Shown here: one piece after another, positions 36,581 to 47,571 of the stretch
Numbering within the stretch: the first letter of the stretch is position 1
Layout: each line of letters opens with the position of its first letter
NCBI GenBank assembly: GCA_963718615.1
Contig: OY970368.1
Coordinates: 5,568,001 to 5,632,000, forward strand
Source: an uncultured cyanobacterium
GTDB taxonomy: Bacteria; Cyanobacteriota; Cyanobacteriia; PCC-9006; JAAUQQ01
Direction: 5' to 3'
DNA: 64,000 bases
Notes under the pieces: model-generated
The model's input: only the letters and a program-made list of their open reading frames with translations
Database searches by the model: none
What the model was told of the DNA's origin: nothing
Position numbers and translations under genes: made by a program

Positions 36581-37438
36581 TTAGGACATCGAAGCAATAA
36601 TCGGGGTGGCGTCCGCAGGGGCCGCATTCGCCGGGACGGGAACTGGCGTTTGCATCGCTTCCATAAATTGGCTGACGCGTACCGGATCAATGGGATGCTC
36701 CCGATGACCATGACGCTTCAGCGACGACGATACAATCACGCCATCGGCGTAGGCTTTGAGCGCAGCAATATTGTCTATATCTGCCCCGCTGCCAATCAAA
36801 ACCGGCGTTTCTTTCGCTGCGGCCTTGGCCAATTCCAGGTCTTCTAGGCTCGGGGGACTGCCCGTTGCCCAACCGGACAGAATAACCGCATCTGCTAAGC
36901 CTCGGTCAATCGTGTCCTGCACCGCCACCGTTAGGTTAGGAGTCCCCAAGGGCCGAGCATGCTTGACCAAAACATCCGCCAAAATTTTGACATCACTGCC
37001 CAATTCTCGCCGATAGCGCAGAATCTCATGGGCCTGTCCTTCAATCAGACCCTGATCCGTTGCCATCACCCCCGTTAGGACATTGACGCGAATAAACTGT
37101 GCGCCGGTACAGGTGGCGATCGCCAAAGCGCTGCGCGCATCATTGCGCAGCACATTGATCCCGAGGGGCAGTGTGACTAAGCCCTTAATCTGTTCCACAA
37201 TCAGCGTCATCGCACTGACCACAGCGGGATCCACTCGATCCTTGGAAAAGGGTGCATCAAAGAAGTTTTCGATGATAATGCCGTTGACGCCCCCCGTCGC
37301 CAAGGCCGTCGCCTCCTGCTCCGCCCGCTCAATCACGGCATGCAGATTTCCTCCCCAACGGGCCGAGGTGGGCAGGGGCAGCAGATGGACCACCCCAATG
37401 ACCGGGGTAGAAGTTTTAAAGATATGCGCTAAATCCAC
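36581..37438 (-). CDS. btpA: photosystem I biogenesis protein BtpA
   Basis: IGVVHLLPLP, ENFFDAPF, GINVLRND, ADVLVKH, GSG. Confidence 0.95.
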   Translation of the reverse strand: MDLAHIFKTSTPVIGVVHLLPLPTSARWGGNLHAVIERAEQEATALATGGVNGIIIENFFDAPFSKDRVDPAVVSAMTLIVEQIKGLVTLPLGINVLRNDARSALAIATCTGAQFIRVNVLTGVMATDQGLIEGQAHEILRYRRELGSDVKILADVLVKHARPLGTPNLTVAVQDTIDRGLADAVILSGWATGSPPSLEDLELAKAAAKETPVLIGSGADIDNIAALKAYADGVIVSSSLKRHGHREHPIDPVRVSQFMEAMQTPVPVPANAAPADATPIIASMS

Positions 37439-37771
37439 AGGTTTTGACTGAACTCAAGGACGCTTCCGGCAAGGCAACCACCCCAAATCATAGCGGTTCA
37501 TCGACCTTCCCTTGGGGATGTCCAGAGCGTCAGTTCAAAAAAAAGGCTTAACACATCGTAATATTTTTGAGTTTTGGGTTAGGATGTAGGCTGTAAAGTT
37601 CCTGTACGATTGCAGAACCAGAACGGTAAGCCCAATTCAGGCTTATTCCATGCAGTCTGGTGGCGCGAGGGATTGTCCGTCGCATTAAGGCGATCGCTAC
37701 AGAATAGTGTTCCTTGTGGACACGGCCTTATTGGACTGACGCTCCTGGATTCCAGGTTTTTCGAAGGAAAT

Positions 37772-39157
37772 ATGGGCAATACGCCAACCATCGCCTTTTC
37801 CCATTTGGGTTGCGAAAAGAATCGAATCGATACCGAACATATGATTGGTCTCCTAGCAGAGGCAGGCTATGACGTTGATGCCAATGAAGAGCTAGCCGAT
37901 TATGTGGTCGTTAATACCTGTAGCTTCATCCAAGCCGCTCGGGAGGAATCCGTGCGCACGCTGGTCGAACTTGCGGAAGCCGGTAAGAAAATTGTGATCT
38001 CGGGCTGTATGGCCCAGCATTTCCAAGAGGAATTGCTAGAGGAACTGCCTGAAGCCGTTGCCCTCGTGGGTACGGGGGACTACCACAAAATTGTGGATGT
38101 GATTCAGCGTGCAGAAGCCGGGGAGCGGGTGAAGGAAGTTTCCCTAGAGCCGACGTATATTGCTGACGAAAACTTGCCGCGCTATCGGACCACGACGGAA
38201 GCGATCGCCTATGTCCGGGTTGCCGAAGGCTGCGACTATCGCTGTGCCTTTTGCATTATTCCCCATCTGCGAGGAAATCAGCGATCGCGCCCCATCGAGT
38301 CCATCGTGGCCGAAGCTAAGCGTTTGGCCTCGGAAGGTGTGCAGGAAATTATCTTAATTTCCCAGATCACGACGAATTACGGGGTAGACTTGTATGGTAA
38401 GCCGAAGCTGGCAGAGTTGTTGCGAGCACTGGGTCAAGTCGATGTGCCCTGGATTCGGATTCACTATGCCTATCCGACTGGCCTGACGCCAGACGTGATC
38501 CAGGCCATCCAGGAAACGCCCAATATCTTACCCTATCTCGATTTGCCCCTTCAGCATTCCCATCCGGACGTACTCAAGGCGATGAATCGACCCTGGCAAG
38601 GCCAGGTCAATGACAAGATTATTGCGCGCCTCCGGGAATCCTTGCCCGATGCGGTGTTGAGAACCACCTTTATTGTCGGATTTCCCGGTGAGACAGACGA
38701 GCAGTTTGAACATCTAATTGAGTTTGTTCAACGGCACGAGTTTGACCATGTGGGTGTGTTTACGTTCTCTCCTGAAGAAGGCACACCTGCCTTTGACTTG
38801 CCCAATCCGGTTCCTCCGGAAATTATGGAGGCCCGGCGCGATCGCCTGATGTCCATCCAGCAGCCCATTGCCCACCGGCGCAATCGCCGGGAAATTGGGC
38901 GGATTGTGGATGTCTTAGTTGAGCAGGAACATCCCGGTCGGGGAATCAAAATTGGGCGATCGGCCCGCTTTGCCCCTGATGTCGATGGCTTGGTCTATGT
39001 TCAGGGCGAAGCCAGATTGGGAAGTTTAGTGCCGGTTCGAATCACCGATGCAGATATCTATGACCTGCATGGTGAAGTCGCCACTGCTGCCGATATGTTT
39101 GCGATGTCCACTGCTTCAGCAGTAGACGCTGAAGCGGTTCAGTCAGTCACGCTTTAA
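37772..39157 (+). CDS. rimO: ribosomal protein S12 methylthiotransferase
   Basis: LGCEKN, NTCSFI, radical SAM motif CDYRCAFC, C-terminal TRAM APDVDG. Confidence 0.96.
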   Translation: MGNTPTIAFSHLGCEKNRIDTEHMIGLLAEAGYDVDANEELADYVVVNTCSFIQAAREESVRTLVELAEAGKKIVISGCMAQHFQEELLEELPEAVALVGTGDYHKIVDVIQRAEAGERVKEVSLEPTYIADENLPRYRTTTEAIAYVRVAEGCDYRCAFCIIPHLRGNQRSRPIESIVAEAKRLASEGVQEIILISQITTNYGVDLYGKPKLAELLRALGQVDVPWIRIHYAYPTGLTPDVIQAIQETPNILPYLDLPLQHSHPDVLKAMNRPWQGQVNDKIIARLRESLPDAVLRTTFIVGFPGETDEQFEHLIEFVQRHEFDHVGVFTFSPEEGTPAFDLPNPVPPEIMEARRDRLMSIQQPIAHRRNRREIGRIVDVLVEQEHPGRGIKIGRSARFAPDVDGLVYVQGEARLGSLVPVRITDADIYDLHGEVATAADMFAMSTASAVDAEAVQSVTL

Positions 39158-39273
39158 CGATTTGCGTTGAGGCCCGTTGGGTCTAGACCCCTGTCTAGTC
39201 CTGCTTTAGGAATGGGTTACAACGCGCAATGCCCACGGCGTCTAAGAGCGCCACTCAATTTCATGAGGATGAA

Positions 39274-40794
39274 ATGACAGTATCTTTCCAAAGTCTCGGT
39301 CTTTCGGACAGTCGAGTTCAGGCGCTTGAGGAGCTTGGGTTTGTTGAGCCCACTAAAATTCAGGCGGAAGCGATCCCCCATCTCATGGCGGGTCGAGATG
39401 TATTAGGCATGGCCCAAACGGGGACCGGCAAAACCGCAGCGTTTGCCCTGCCGATTCTGGAGCGCCTTGATCCCACCAGCCGCGATGTACAGGCGTTAAT
39501 CTTGACGCCGACGCGGGAGCTGGCGCTCCAAGTGGGTCAAGCGATTCGTCAATTTATGCTCGATCGCGCCCAAAACGACGAGGGTCAGCGGTTGCATCGG
39601 CCCTTTATTCTGACGGTGTATGGGGGTCAGGCGATCGATCGTCAGGTGCAGCGTCTGGAGCGCGGTGTTCAGATTGTTGTTGGTACTCCTGGTCGTGTCT
39701 TAGATTTGCTGCGGCGTGGTGATTTGCGCCTCAAAGGTCTGGAGTGGCTAGTCCTCGATGAAGCGGACGAAATGCTCAGCATGGGCTTTTTGACTGATGT
39801 GGAATCGATTTTGAAACAGGCTCCGACGGATCGTCAGACGGCCTTTTTCTCGGCAACGATGCCGCCCTCCATCCGTCAACTGGTCAGTCAGTTTCTCAGA
39901 GATCCCGTCACGGTCAAGGTGAAAGCGGCTCAAGGGGGCACGCCTTCCCGGATTAACCAGGTGGCCTATACGGTGCCGCGCGGTTGGTCTAAGGCGAAAG
40001 CGTTGCTGCCGGTCATGGCCTTTGAAGAGCCGGAGTCTGCCATTATCTTTGTGCGCACCCGTCGAACCGCAGCGGAGCTCACCAGCTATCTTCAGGGATC
40101 GGGGTATAGCGTTGATGAATATCACGGCGACCTTAGCCAGTCCCAGCGGGAGCGCATGCTGCAACGTTTCCGGGAAAAACAGGTGCGTTGGATCGTGGCG
40201 ACGGATATCGCGGCACGGGGCATCCATGTGGATGATCTGAGCCATGTGGTCAATTTTGATTTGCCCGATAGCGTGGAAAACTATGTCCACCGCATTGGCC
40301 GGACGGGCCGTGCAGGCAAAGAAGGCACGGCGATTTCCCTTATCCAGAACTATGACCGTCGTAAGCTGCGGGATGTTGAATTTCACACCAGCCAGCGTCT
40401 GGAAATGCGATCGATCCCGACGCGGGCCGAAATCGAAGCGCGTCATCTGGAGAAGTTCAAAGATCAACTGCGGGAGGTGATGGAAGGTGAACGGATGGCC
40501 TCATTCCTGTCCATTGCCGCAGAATTAGCCGAGGAGTTTGAGCCTAAGGCGATCGCAGCAGCAGCCCTACAAATGGCCTACGACGGCACCCGTCCCACTT
40601 GGCTGAGTCCCGAATGGGGTGAAGATGCCCCCGATGATTTCCGTCCGTCGCGTCGCAGTGGCGGAGGGGGACGTTCGGCGGGAGGTTCCGGCGGTGGTGG
40701 CGGCAGCCGGGGGGGCGGGAGTTACCGCTCTAGCCAACCCCGTCGTAATTCTGGTGAGCGTGCACCTGCGCCGATTAAGCGGGTTGAGCGTTAA
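39274..40794 (+). CDS. crhR: DEAD-box RNA helicase (CrhR-like)
   Basis: AQTGTGKT, PTRELA, DEAD, SAT, HRIGRTGR. Lies downstream of rimO, as in the known cyanobacterial operon. Confidence 0.9.
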   Translation: MTVSFQSLGLSDSRVQALEELGFVEPTKIQAEAIPHLMAGRDVLGMAQTGTGKTAAFALPILERLDPTSRDVQALILTPTRELALQVGQAIRQFMLDRAQNDEGQRLHRPFILTVYGGQAIDRQVQRLERGVQIVVGTPGRVLDLLRRGDLRLKGLEWLVLDEADEMLSMGFLTDVESILKQAPTDRQTAFFSATMPPSIRQLVSQFLRDPVTVKVKAAQGGTPSRINQVAYTVPRGWSKAKALLPVMAFEEPESAIIFVRTRRTAAELTSYLQGSGYSVDEYHGDLSQSQRERMLQRFREKQVRWIVATDIAARGIHVDDLSHVVNFDLPDSVENYVHRIGRTGRAGKEGTAISLIQNYDRRKLRDVEFHTSQRLEMRSIPTRAEIEARHLEKFKDQLREVMEGERMASFLSIAAELAEEFEPKAIAAAALQMAYDGTRPTWLSPEWGEDAPDDFRPSRRSGGGGRSAGGSGGGGGSRGGGSYRSSQPRRNSGERAPAPIKRVER

Positions 40795-41771
40795 CTCATA
40801 GCCATTAAGGTTTGACAATCTGCCGGACTCAGGGACCATCCTAGAGCTCCGGCATTTTGTTGGGCTTGCAGAGCATTTTTGGCTCCTGGAATGGGGACGG
40901 TGCCTTGGGAAATCAGCCAATTGAGTGCCACTTGGGCGGGGGTTTTTTGGTGAGTTTGGGCGATCGCCCGCAAAGCTTCAAACAAAGGTTCTAGCTTTTT
41001 CAAGCCTGCTTCGCTAAAGCGGGGATCAAGCCGTCGTGCTCCCACAGGAGATTGGTCCGAGGTTGCGCTGTATTTTCCGGTGAGCAGTCCCTGGGCCAAG
41101 GGACTATAGGCCAAAATCGTCACTCCCAGGTCCTGGGCTGTGGCCAGAACTCCATTGGTTTCCACCTGTCGGGCGAGGAGCGAATATTGCACCTGATTGA
41201 CCGCCAAGGGAATCCCAAAGGAGGCAAGATAGTCGTGGGCCTGCTTCATTTGCTCCGCAGAATAATTGCTGACCCCGACGGTCTGAATCCGGCCTCGCTT
41301 AACCTCCTGGGCAAGTGCTTCCATCAAAGGGCGTGGCCCCAAAAAGAAATCCAAGGGCCAGTGGACCTGGTACAAGGTAACGGAAGTCACACCGAGGCGC
41401 GTTAAACTAGCAGTCAGGGCATCTTCCACCGCCGACGGGGTAAAGCGCCAAGGCAGGGGAAAATATTTGGTGGCAATCTGGATTGCAGGGTCCGAGGATT
41501 GGCGATTGGCCGCTCGAAGAAAGCGACCCAGTAGTCGTTCTGACTCCCCCAGTCCATAGACCTCAGCGGTATCAAAAAAACGGATGCCTGCTGCCACAGC
41601 TGCATTAAACGCAGCTTGGAGTTCGGCTTCTCCATAGCGATTGCCATAGCCCCAAAAGAGGCGATCGCCCCAAGCCCAAGTCCCGATCCCTAAGGCTGGA
41701 ATGCGTGGACCTTGGGGGCCTAGGATAACGGATTGCAGTTCAGCATCAGTGTCAAAGTTGAGCGAAGTCAT
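40791..41771 (-). CDS. aldo/keto reductase
   Basis: GIGTWAWG, FDTAEVYG, GVSNY, AYSPLAQGLLTGKY, IPGAKN. Confidence 0.93.
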   Translation of the reverse strand: MTSLNFDTDAELQSVILGPQGPRIPALGIGTWAWGDRLFWGYGNRYGEAELQAAFNAAVAAGIRFFDTAEVYGLGESERLLGRFLRAANRQSSDPAIQIATKYFPLPWRFTPSAVEDALTASLTRLGVTSVTLYQVHWPLDFFLGPRPLMEALAQEVKRGRIQTVGVSNYSAEQMKQAHDYLASFGIPLAVNQVQYSLLARQVETNGVLATAQDLGVTILAYSPLAQGLLTGKYSATSDQSPVGARRLDPRFSEAGLKKLEPLFEALRAIAQTHQKTPAQVALNWLISQGTVPIPGAKNALQAQQNAGALGWSLSPADCQTLMAMS

Positions 41772-42079
41772 AAACAATAAGGAGGTAGAAGAGCAGGAAC
41801 AATGATGGGGTAATAGATGAAGTTTTAACGAAGTAAAACGATTCTAGAAACTTAAATCAGAAACTTAAGCCAGAAACTGGAAAAGCGATCGCCTTCTGCT
41901 AACGAGATCTAAAAACTAAAGCTAAATTGTAAATGTTTCCGTAAACTAAGTAGATTTGAATCATCCTAAAGTCAGATTGACGCTGGGTGCTGGCGCTGCA
42001 TCGGCTTAAGCCAATGGGAATGCTCTGGAATGGGGCATGAAGAACCTGTATTCTCATAGATATTGCGAGGATTTATACC

Positions 42080-42796
42080 ATGGAGCTTCATAAAAACCTT
42101 AAGAAAAGTGGTGTTGAAAATAATTCTCTGCAACGTCTGATCCGAAGCCCTGGGTTTATTTGGGTCAATGGTCTTTCCATCGGATTTCTAGGGGCATTAG
42201 GCCTTTACGCACGCATTTTTAGTAAAGGAGTTGGGTTTTCACTCTTATTTAGCGATCCCTTTATTGGTCGACCCTTGTATCAAGGGCTATTTACCAATGT
42301 GTCTGAAGTGATTTGGTGTGTGGCCTTCTCCATTTGCCTGTTTAGTTTTGGCATGGTGCGATCGCTACGCCCCCCCCGTCAAGCGGATCGATTTTTGCTG
42401 GCAACAGCATTTCTAATTTTATTCTTGCTGCTAGATGATATTCAGAGAATCACATTGATTTTGCATTATGAGTTTGGATTGCCTAAAATTCTAATGCTGG
42501 GCTTTTATGGAATTATTGCTATTGCCTATGCGACTGTGTTTAGACGATATATTTTGCAGCGAACGCCGTATTTTTTGCTCATTATTACCATCGTCTTTTT
42601 CGTGATTTCGAGTTTGGCGGATGTGGCAACTGAGTTGTTTAGAATAGTGAATCAATTAGGCCCCATGGCGATGCTAGAAGACGGCAGTAAAATGATTGGG
42701 TTACTGAATCTCGTGCTATTTTGCTGGAAAGTGGGCCAGCAGGAAATCTTTGAGGCTATTCAGCAGCGCCCTTGGCCGTCGAAGCCGGTAGACTAA
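42080..42796 (+). CDS. hypothetical multi-pass membrane protein
   Basis: About six hydrophobic segments; LLLDD and LEDGSK motifs. Confidence 0.7.
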   Translation: MELHKNLKKSGVENNSLQRLIRSPGFIWVNGLSIGFLGALGLYARIFSKGVGFSLLFSDPFIGRPLYQGLFTNVSEVIWCVAFSICLFSFGMVRSLRPPRQADRFLLATAFLILFLLLDDIQRITLILHYEFGLPKILMLGFYGIIAIAYATVFRRYILQRTPYFLLIITIVFFVISSLADVATELFRIVNQLGPMAMLEDGSKMIGLLNLVLFCWKVGQQEIFEAIQQRPWPSKPVD

Positions 42797-42824
42797 ACCC
42801 TCAGGTTGTCTAGCTGTTTCCCAG

Positions 42825-44231
42825 ATGTTTCAAGCCACGCGCCGACGGCTGGCCCTTTGGTACACCGCTGTAACGGCGGTGCTGCTGCTGCTCTTTGTGA
42901 GTGGGTTTTATGGTTATGCCCGCAGTACATTAATTGAACGGGTGGACGATACGCTCAGCCATATTGTGGAGGTGGTGGAGCGATCGCTCGTGATCGAATC
43001 TGCCCCCGATGGCCTGGTCTGGAGCGTGGATGGCCAGGTGTCGCTACGGGTCAATGTGGAGGCCAGCTTTCGCAACAACGATACCGATCGCGAAGATGAC
43101 CATATCGATATTGAATGGTTTGACCCCGATGGCCAACTCCTTTGGTCCACCTTTGACGACGTATTAGAACTGCCACTCCATCCCAGCAAAAAGGGCGAAA
43201 CGGTTACCGTCGAAGAACAGCGCTATGGTGAGCCGGTCGTGCTGCGGCAACTGACGGATCGGGTCCAGCTAGGGCGTCAGGTCTTGGGTTATTTGCGGGT
43301 GAGTCATCCCTGGTTTGAGGTGTCAAAACCCACCCGGCGGCTGCTCCTGGATTTGGTGGGGTGGACGGCGTTGATGATTGCTGGGGTGGCTTCGATTGGC
43401 TGGTTGCTGTCGGGGTTGGCGATGAAACCCGTACGGGAGTCCTATCAACGGCTAAAGCAATTCACCGCCGATGCTTCCCACGAGTTGCGTAACCCGATCG
43501 CTATGATCCAAACCAATGTGCAGGCTGCCTTGGAAGATGAGGCGATCGCCCCTCAAGATCGCCAGCAGCTCCAGGTGGTGGAACGGTTAACCCGGCGTTT
43601 AGGGCGGCTCGTGGATGATTTGCTGTTTTTAGCCCGACAGGATAGTGGCATGATCCAGCCGCAGCTAGAACCGGTAGCGTTGGATGAATTGCTGACCGAG
43701 GTCTTAGAAGAGCAAATGATGCGTGCGTTAGAGAAATCGGTGGATTTAGAGTTGCTATTTGATGCCTTGGAAGATGAGCAGGCGGCGACCGATGAGAATG
43801 GCGAGAACGATGGGACTGAGAATCAGGAGGTGTTTGAAATGCTGGGCGATCGCGATCAATTGGCCCGACTCTTTACGAATTTGATCAGCAATGCGATTCA
43901 ATACACCCCCTCGGAAGGACAGGTGCGGATTCAACTGTCTCAAGCTAGCGAGGCGTTGTCTCGGGGGCGCGGAGGCTCTGTGGTGGTTGTGCGAGTTGAA
44001 GATACGGGGGTGGGAATTCCCCCGGAGGCGATCGAACAGGTCTTTGAACGGTTTTATCGAGTCGATCCGGCCCGCAGTCGTCAGGCGGAAGCTGGGCCGG
44101 AGCTGGGGTCTGGGTTGGGATTGGCGATCGCCAAAGCCATCGTGGAACGGCATCGCGGTCAAATTCAGGTGGTGAGTCCTAGTCAGGGAGGGTCGATTTT
44201 TACAGTGACGCTGCCTTTAAGGGCTTCTTAA
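42825..44231 (+). CDS. membrane sensor histidine kinase (resembles ManS/Hik27 type)
   Basis: Two transmembrane helices, FTADASHELRNP, NLISNAIQY, DTGVGI, FERFYR, GSGLGL. The ManS resemblance is from memory of the N-terminus only. Confidence 0.88.
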   Translation: MFQATRRRLALWYTAVTAVLLLLFVSGFYGYARSTLIERVDDTLSHIVEVVERSLVIESAPDGLVWSVDGQVSLRVNVEASFRNNDTDREDDHIDIEWFDPDGQLLWSTFDDVLELPLHPSKKGETVTVEEQRYGEPVVLRQLTDRVQLGRQVLGYLRVSHPWFEVSKPTRRLLLDLVGWTALMIAGVASIGWLLSGLAMKPVRESYQRLKQFTADASHELRNPIAMIQTNVQAALEDEAIAPQDRQQLQVVERLTRRLGRLVDDLLFLARQDSGMIQPQLEPVALDELLTEVLEEQMMRALEKSVDLELLFDALEDEQAATDENGENDGTENQEVFEMLGDRDQLARLFTNLISNAIQYTPSEGQVRIQLSQASEALSRGRGGSVVVVRVEDTGVGIPPEAIEQVFERFYRVDPARSRQAEAGPELGSGLGLAIAKAIVERHRGQIQVVSPSQGGSIFTVTLPLRAS

Positions 44232-44425
44232 ACCCAGTGTGAAGAGTTATCGAACTCCAAAACAGTTGCCTGGATTTCAGCGTACATTGCTTAATAGAAG
44301 TGTATATCCCTGGATGAATAAGGTCTGGCTAAAAGAGTCTGGCTAGAAAGGTCTGGCTAGATAGGGCACAGAGTTGAGCGATCGCTATGCCGTAGTCGCA
44401 ATTTTGAGGAGAGGCGCAGATTGTT

Positions 44426-45064
44426 ATGTCAAAACCGGTGATTCAACCCTGTTCGGTCGTCATACCGATTGAACGGATTCAGCTCCCTGTAATCGCCTCG
44501 GTTGAATCGTTCACCTGGAGCATGGCTCGATTCCCCATTACCCAAGTCCAATGGCGATCCGTAGCGATGTTGCCTCAAGTGGATCGCGTGCTGTCACCTG
44601 ATCCTTCTCGTTTCAAAGGGGATCAACATCCCGTGGAAAATGTGTCTTGGTGGGACGCGGTGGAGTTTTGCCAGCGTCTCAGCCGTGCGACGGGGGAGCT
44701 CTATCGTTTGCCCTTGGAGGCGGAGTGGGAATATGCCTGTCGTGCTGGCACAACTACTGAATTTTGTTTTGGGCGATCGCTCTCTCCCCAATTAGCCAAC
44801 TACCAACATCGCCGCGCGCGCTCGGAAAACGGCACAACAAACGGCACAACCCCGGTCGGACAATTTCCCGCCAATGCCTTTGGCCTCTACGATATGCATG
44901 GCAACGTCTGGGAGTGGTGTGCCGATGCCGACCACAGCCATCGAGTTTTACGGGGGGGCTCTTGGTTTAATGGGCCGCAGGTTTGTCGTTCGACGTCGCG
45001 GTTAGAGAGTTTACCCAGTTGCCGGTTGGACAATGTGGGCTTTCGGGTCGTTTGTCTGGCCTAG
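44426..45064 (+). CDS. formylglycine-generating enzyme (FGE-sulfatase / C-type lectin fold) domain protein
   Basis: PVENVSW, RLPLEAEWEYACR, NAFGLYDMHGNVWEWC, VLRGGSW, GFRVV. Confidence 0.9.
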   Translation: MSKPVIQPCSVVIPIERIQLPVIASVESFTWSMARFPITQVQWRSVAMLPQVDRVLSPDPSRFKGDQHPVENVSWWDAVEFCQRLSRATGELYRLPLEAEWEYACRAGTTTEFCFGRSLSPQLANYQHRRARSENGTTNGTTPVGQFPANAFGLYDMHGNVWEWCADADHSHRVLRGGSWFNGPQVCRSTSRLESLPSCRLDNVGFRVVCLA

Positions 45065-45094
45065 CTTGATGGCTTGCCTAGGTTGATGGCTTGC

Positions 45095-46405
45095 CTAGGC
45101 CAAGAGCGCAGACTTCAGCCACTGACCGTGGGGCAGTACCGATCGCATCAATCCCCAGCGGACATCATTGGGAGCAACGGCAAACATGCCGAGCATGGCG
45201 CGAATCAGTTCTGGGGTCGAGAGGGTATCTGCCAGGAAACCCCGCCAATCCGCCGGGGGGAGTTGGAAAAACGTCGAGAAATGGTGGTTGAGGCGATCGC
45301 GCTCAAACCCCATCAAGGCCTCCATTCCAAACAAATAGAGATAGTGCGTCCGCAGGCGATCGCGGGACCAAAGGACCTGCCAACCGGCTTGGGCGATCTG
45401 CGTGGGAGAGGCTTGGGGATTTTGGAGGGACTGGGCGATCGCCGCTGCCAACCCCGGAGCCCGTCGCAGCAAGCCACCGACCATGAAGCCCGAGGCGGGA
45501 TGGACCATGCTGGCTGTACCGCCAAACCCCAGGACGGGCTGGTTGAAATCAGGCAAGGGGGTATTCATCGGGAAGAGACAATGCTCCACATGGTGAATTT
45601 CGTTCACCTGAATACCGCGATGGGCAAGACGACGCTGGAGCCGTTTTTCCAGGACTTCAAACTCTAGGGCGGGCGTGGCGGCGAGGGAGGTTTCTTCGAC
45701 GAAGTAAACGCCATGGCCCAGGTCCATTTCGTAGGAGAACGTCGGGGGCTGATGGCGTTCGGCTGCGCTAAGATGGTCGGCGCGGTAATCCATCATGACA
45801 AACTGGCCAGACTCGACGACGGGCGCAGAAAATTTGCCAACAATGCCATAGGCGGCTTGGTAGGCGATGGTGGCTGGGGGGCGTTGGAGCAGGGGGGAAT
45901 GGTGGCCGCTGGCGTCGATGACGATGCGGGCGCGGAGGTTGGGCTGCTCGGGATGGTCGGTGTGGACGATGGAATGGGTGGTGTGGTGTTCTAGGGCGGT
46001 GGCTTTGCCGCGATGCCAGATGACGGTTGGGCTGCGATCGCGCCAATAATTCTGAAGTTTAGTCTTATCAAAGAGGCCGTAGGAGCGGTTGTGGTTGAGG
46101 CGATCGGGCAGGTAGGAGACGCAGTTATCCCAACGATGCTCTAGCAACGCTGTGAGGCCCAAGGCTTCGAGTTCATCGACCCAAATGCCGTAGGTGTTGG
46201 GCCAAGGGTCGGTGGGGGCGGTGGGGGAGAGTCCGGCGACGGTGAGGCCCTGGTCGCAGAGGGCGGCGGCGATCGCTAACCCGGCGGGGCCGTTACCCAG
46301 GACGATGGCATCGAGTTCGGGTGTTTGCCCTGCGGGAGATTGCCCTGAATTGACCACCGTTGACCTCCTGACTAAACCGGAAAGATGTGTGCGAAATATC
46401 TTCAA
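45095..46405 (-). CDS. crtL: CrtL-type lycopene cyclase
   Basis: GNGPAGL, NTYGIWVDE, YQAAYG, MMDYR, FVEETSL, VHPASGF. Confidence 0.85.
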   Translation of the reverse strand: MKIFRTHLSGLVRRSTVVNSGQSPAGQTPELDAIVLGNGPAGLAIAAALCDQGLTVAGLSPTAPTDPWPNTYGIWVDELEALGLTALLEHRWDNCVSYLPDRLNHNRSYGLFDKTKLQNYWRDRSPTVIWHRGKATALEHHTTHSIVHTDHPEQPNLRARIVIDASGHHSPLLQRPPATIAYQAAYGIVGKFSAPVVESGQFVMMDYRADHLSAAERHQPPTFSYEMDLGHGVYFVEETSLAATPALEFEVLEKRLQRRLAHRGIQVNEIHHVEHCLFPMNTPLPDFNQPVLGFGGTASMVHPASGFMVGGLLRRAPGLAAAIAQSLQNPQASPTQIAQAGWQVLWSRDRLRTHYLYLFGMEALMGFERDRLNHHFSTFFQLPPADWRGFLADTLSTPELIRAMLGMFAVAPNDVRWGLMRSVLPHGQWLKSALLA

Positions 46406-46487
46406 AATACCGCAAGCTTAGGGGCTTGGGGATGAAAGCTAGAATAGACCTATGCATTGGACCCATCGCATAAGGACGGTCTTGCCC

Positions 46488-46952
46488 ATGGCTTCTCCCT
46501 TTCCGGGTATGGACCCGTATTTGGAACATCCTCGAACTGGGTCGAATGTTCACCATCGGTTGATTACGGCGATCGCGATCGCCCTCGCTCCCCAGGTAAG
46601 ACCGAAGTATCGGGTGGTGGTGGAGGAAACGGTATATCAAAAGTGGGAGCCGATGCCGATTACAGCTCCAGTGGTGATGTCGGCCTATCGGATTTTGGTG
46701 AGTGCTAGCAAGGCTCGGCCTCGGGCAGAGTTATATGCGTTTGGTCTAGCGGATCCGATTCCGGTGTTTGGGGTGCCGTTGGCGGAGGGAGATCCTTCCG
46801 CTCGGGTTGATCTGAGGCTGCTGCTGGATGGGATTTATGAGCAGTCGGGTTATGACTTGGTGATTGATTATCGTCAGTCTCCACAGCCGCCGTTGTCGGA
46901 GGTGGAGGGGGTTTGGGCTGAGGCTTGGTTGCGGGAGAAGGGGGTGATTTGA
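46488..46952 (+). pseudogene. DUF4058 family protein with apparent internal deletion
   Basis: The N-terminus SPFPGMDPYLE..VHHRLI and the C-terminus YRILVS..LYAF.L.DPIP..IDY.QSP.PPL are joined by only ~15 aa. The central E(I/L)LSPxNK region is missing. Confidence 0.65.
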
Positions 46953-47571
46953 GGGTTGCTATTTCGTTGATTCTTTACGGGGGAGATAGGTTTGTGGGGA
47001 TAGGGTTTCTGTGTTTTGCAAGAGGAGTTTCCGTAGGTGGATGTTGGTTTTGAAACGAAGTGTTACAGGGGGGCTACCGGAATCTAATTTGTCGGTAGGA
47101 TGAGAATTGAGATTAAGTCTCATAATGGTTTGAGCTTTGGCTAGAAGAATCTTTGGGGCGTTGAGTTGAGAGGTTGAATCAGTGGAAGATTTCGGTATAT
47201 GATCCTCAGTGGTATGACATGCAGAAAAGTTTGGCTTTTTTTAAGGAGTACGTGGGAAAATTCTGCATACTAAACTTGTTATACCGCAAGTTTTCGATGT
47301 GAGAATGCGAGCGCAATTTTATCTGTTAGTGTTTGAAATTAAGTAAGCATGCAGTTAATTAGATATCTTGCAAGAATATTTTTCCAGAGACTGGAACTCT
47401 TTTGGTTACGTTCAAAATCATGAAAATTAACGGGTTTTAATAGGGCATCAGCTCTCAAAAAGGTATCCGTGCAGCAGGTCTAATAGCGGACTCTTGCCAA
47501 TGGCTAAGCGTTAAGATTGCGGAAGTAAATGGGTTATCGGAATTCCATAAAAACACTCTTTGGGAACCTCT

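Noticed and set aside
37439-37771. Possible riboswitch or ncRNA in the btpA-rimO spacer, and the 54-aa N-terminal extension of the rimO ORF
   Set aside because: No recognisable Rfam motif by eye. RimO homology begins at ATG 37772.
47092-47104. TCGGTAGGATGA matching the core of the tpsA leader repeat
   Set aside because: Only ~12 bp match with no flanking similarity. Similar TCGGTA(T/G)xAT strings occur at 47192 and 54361, so it is probably just an extended -10 motif.
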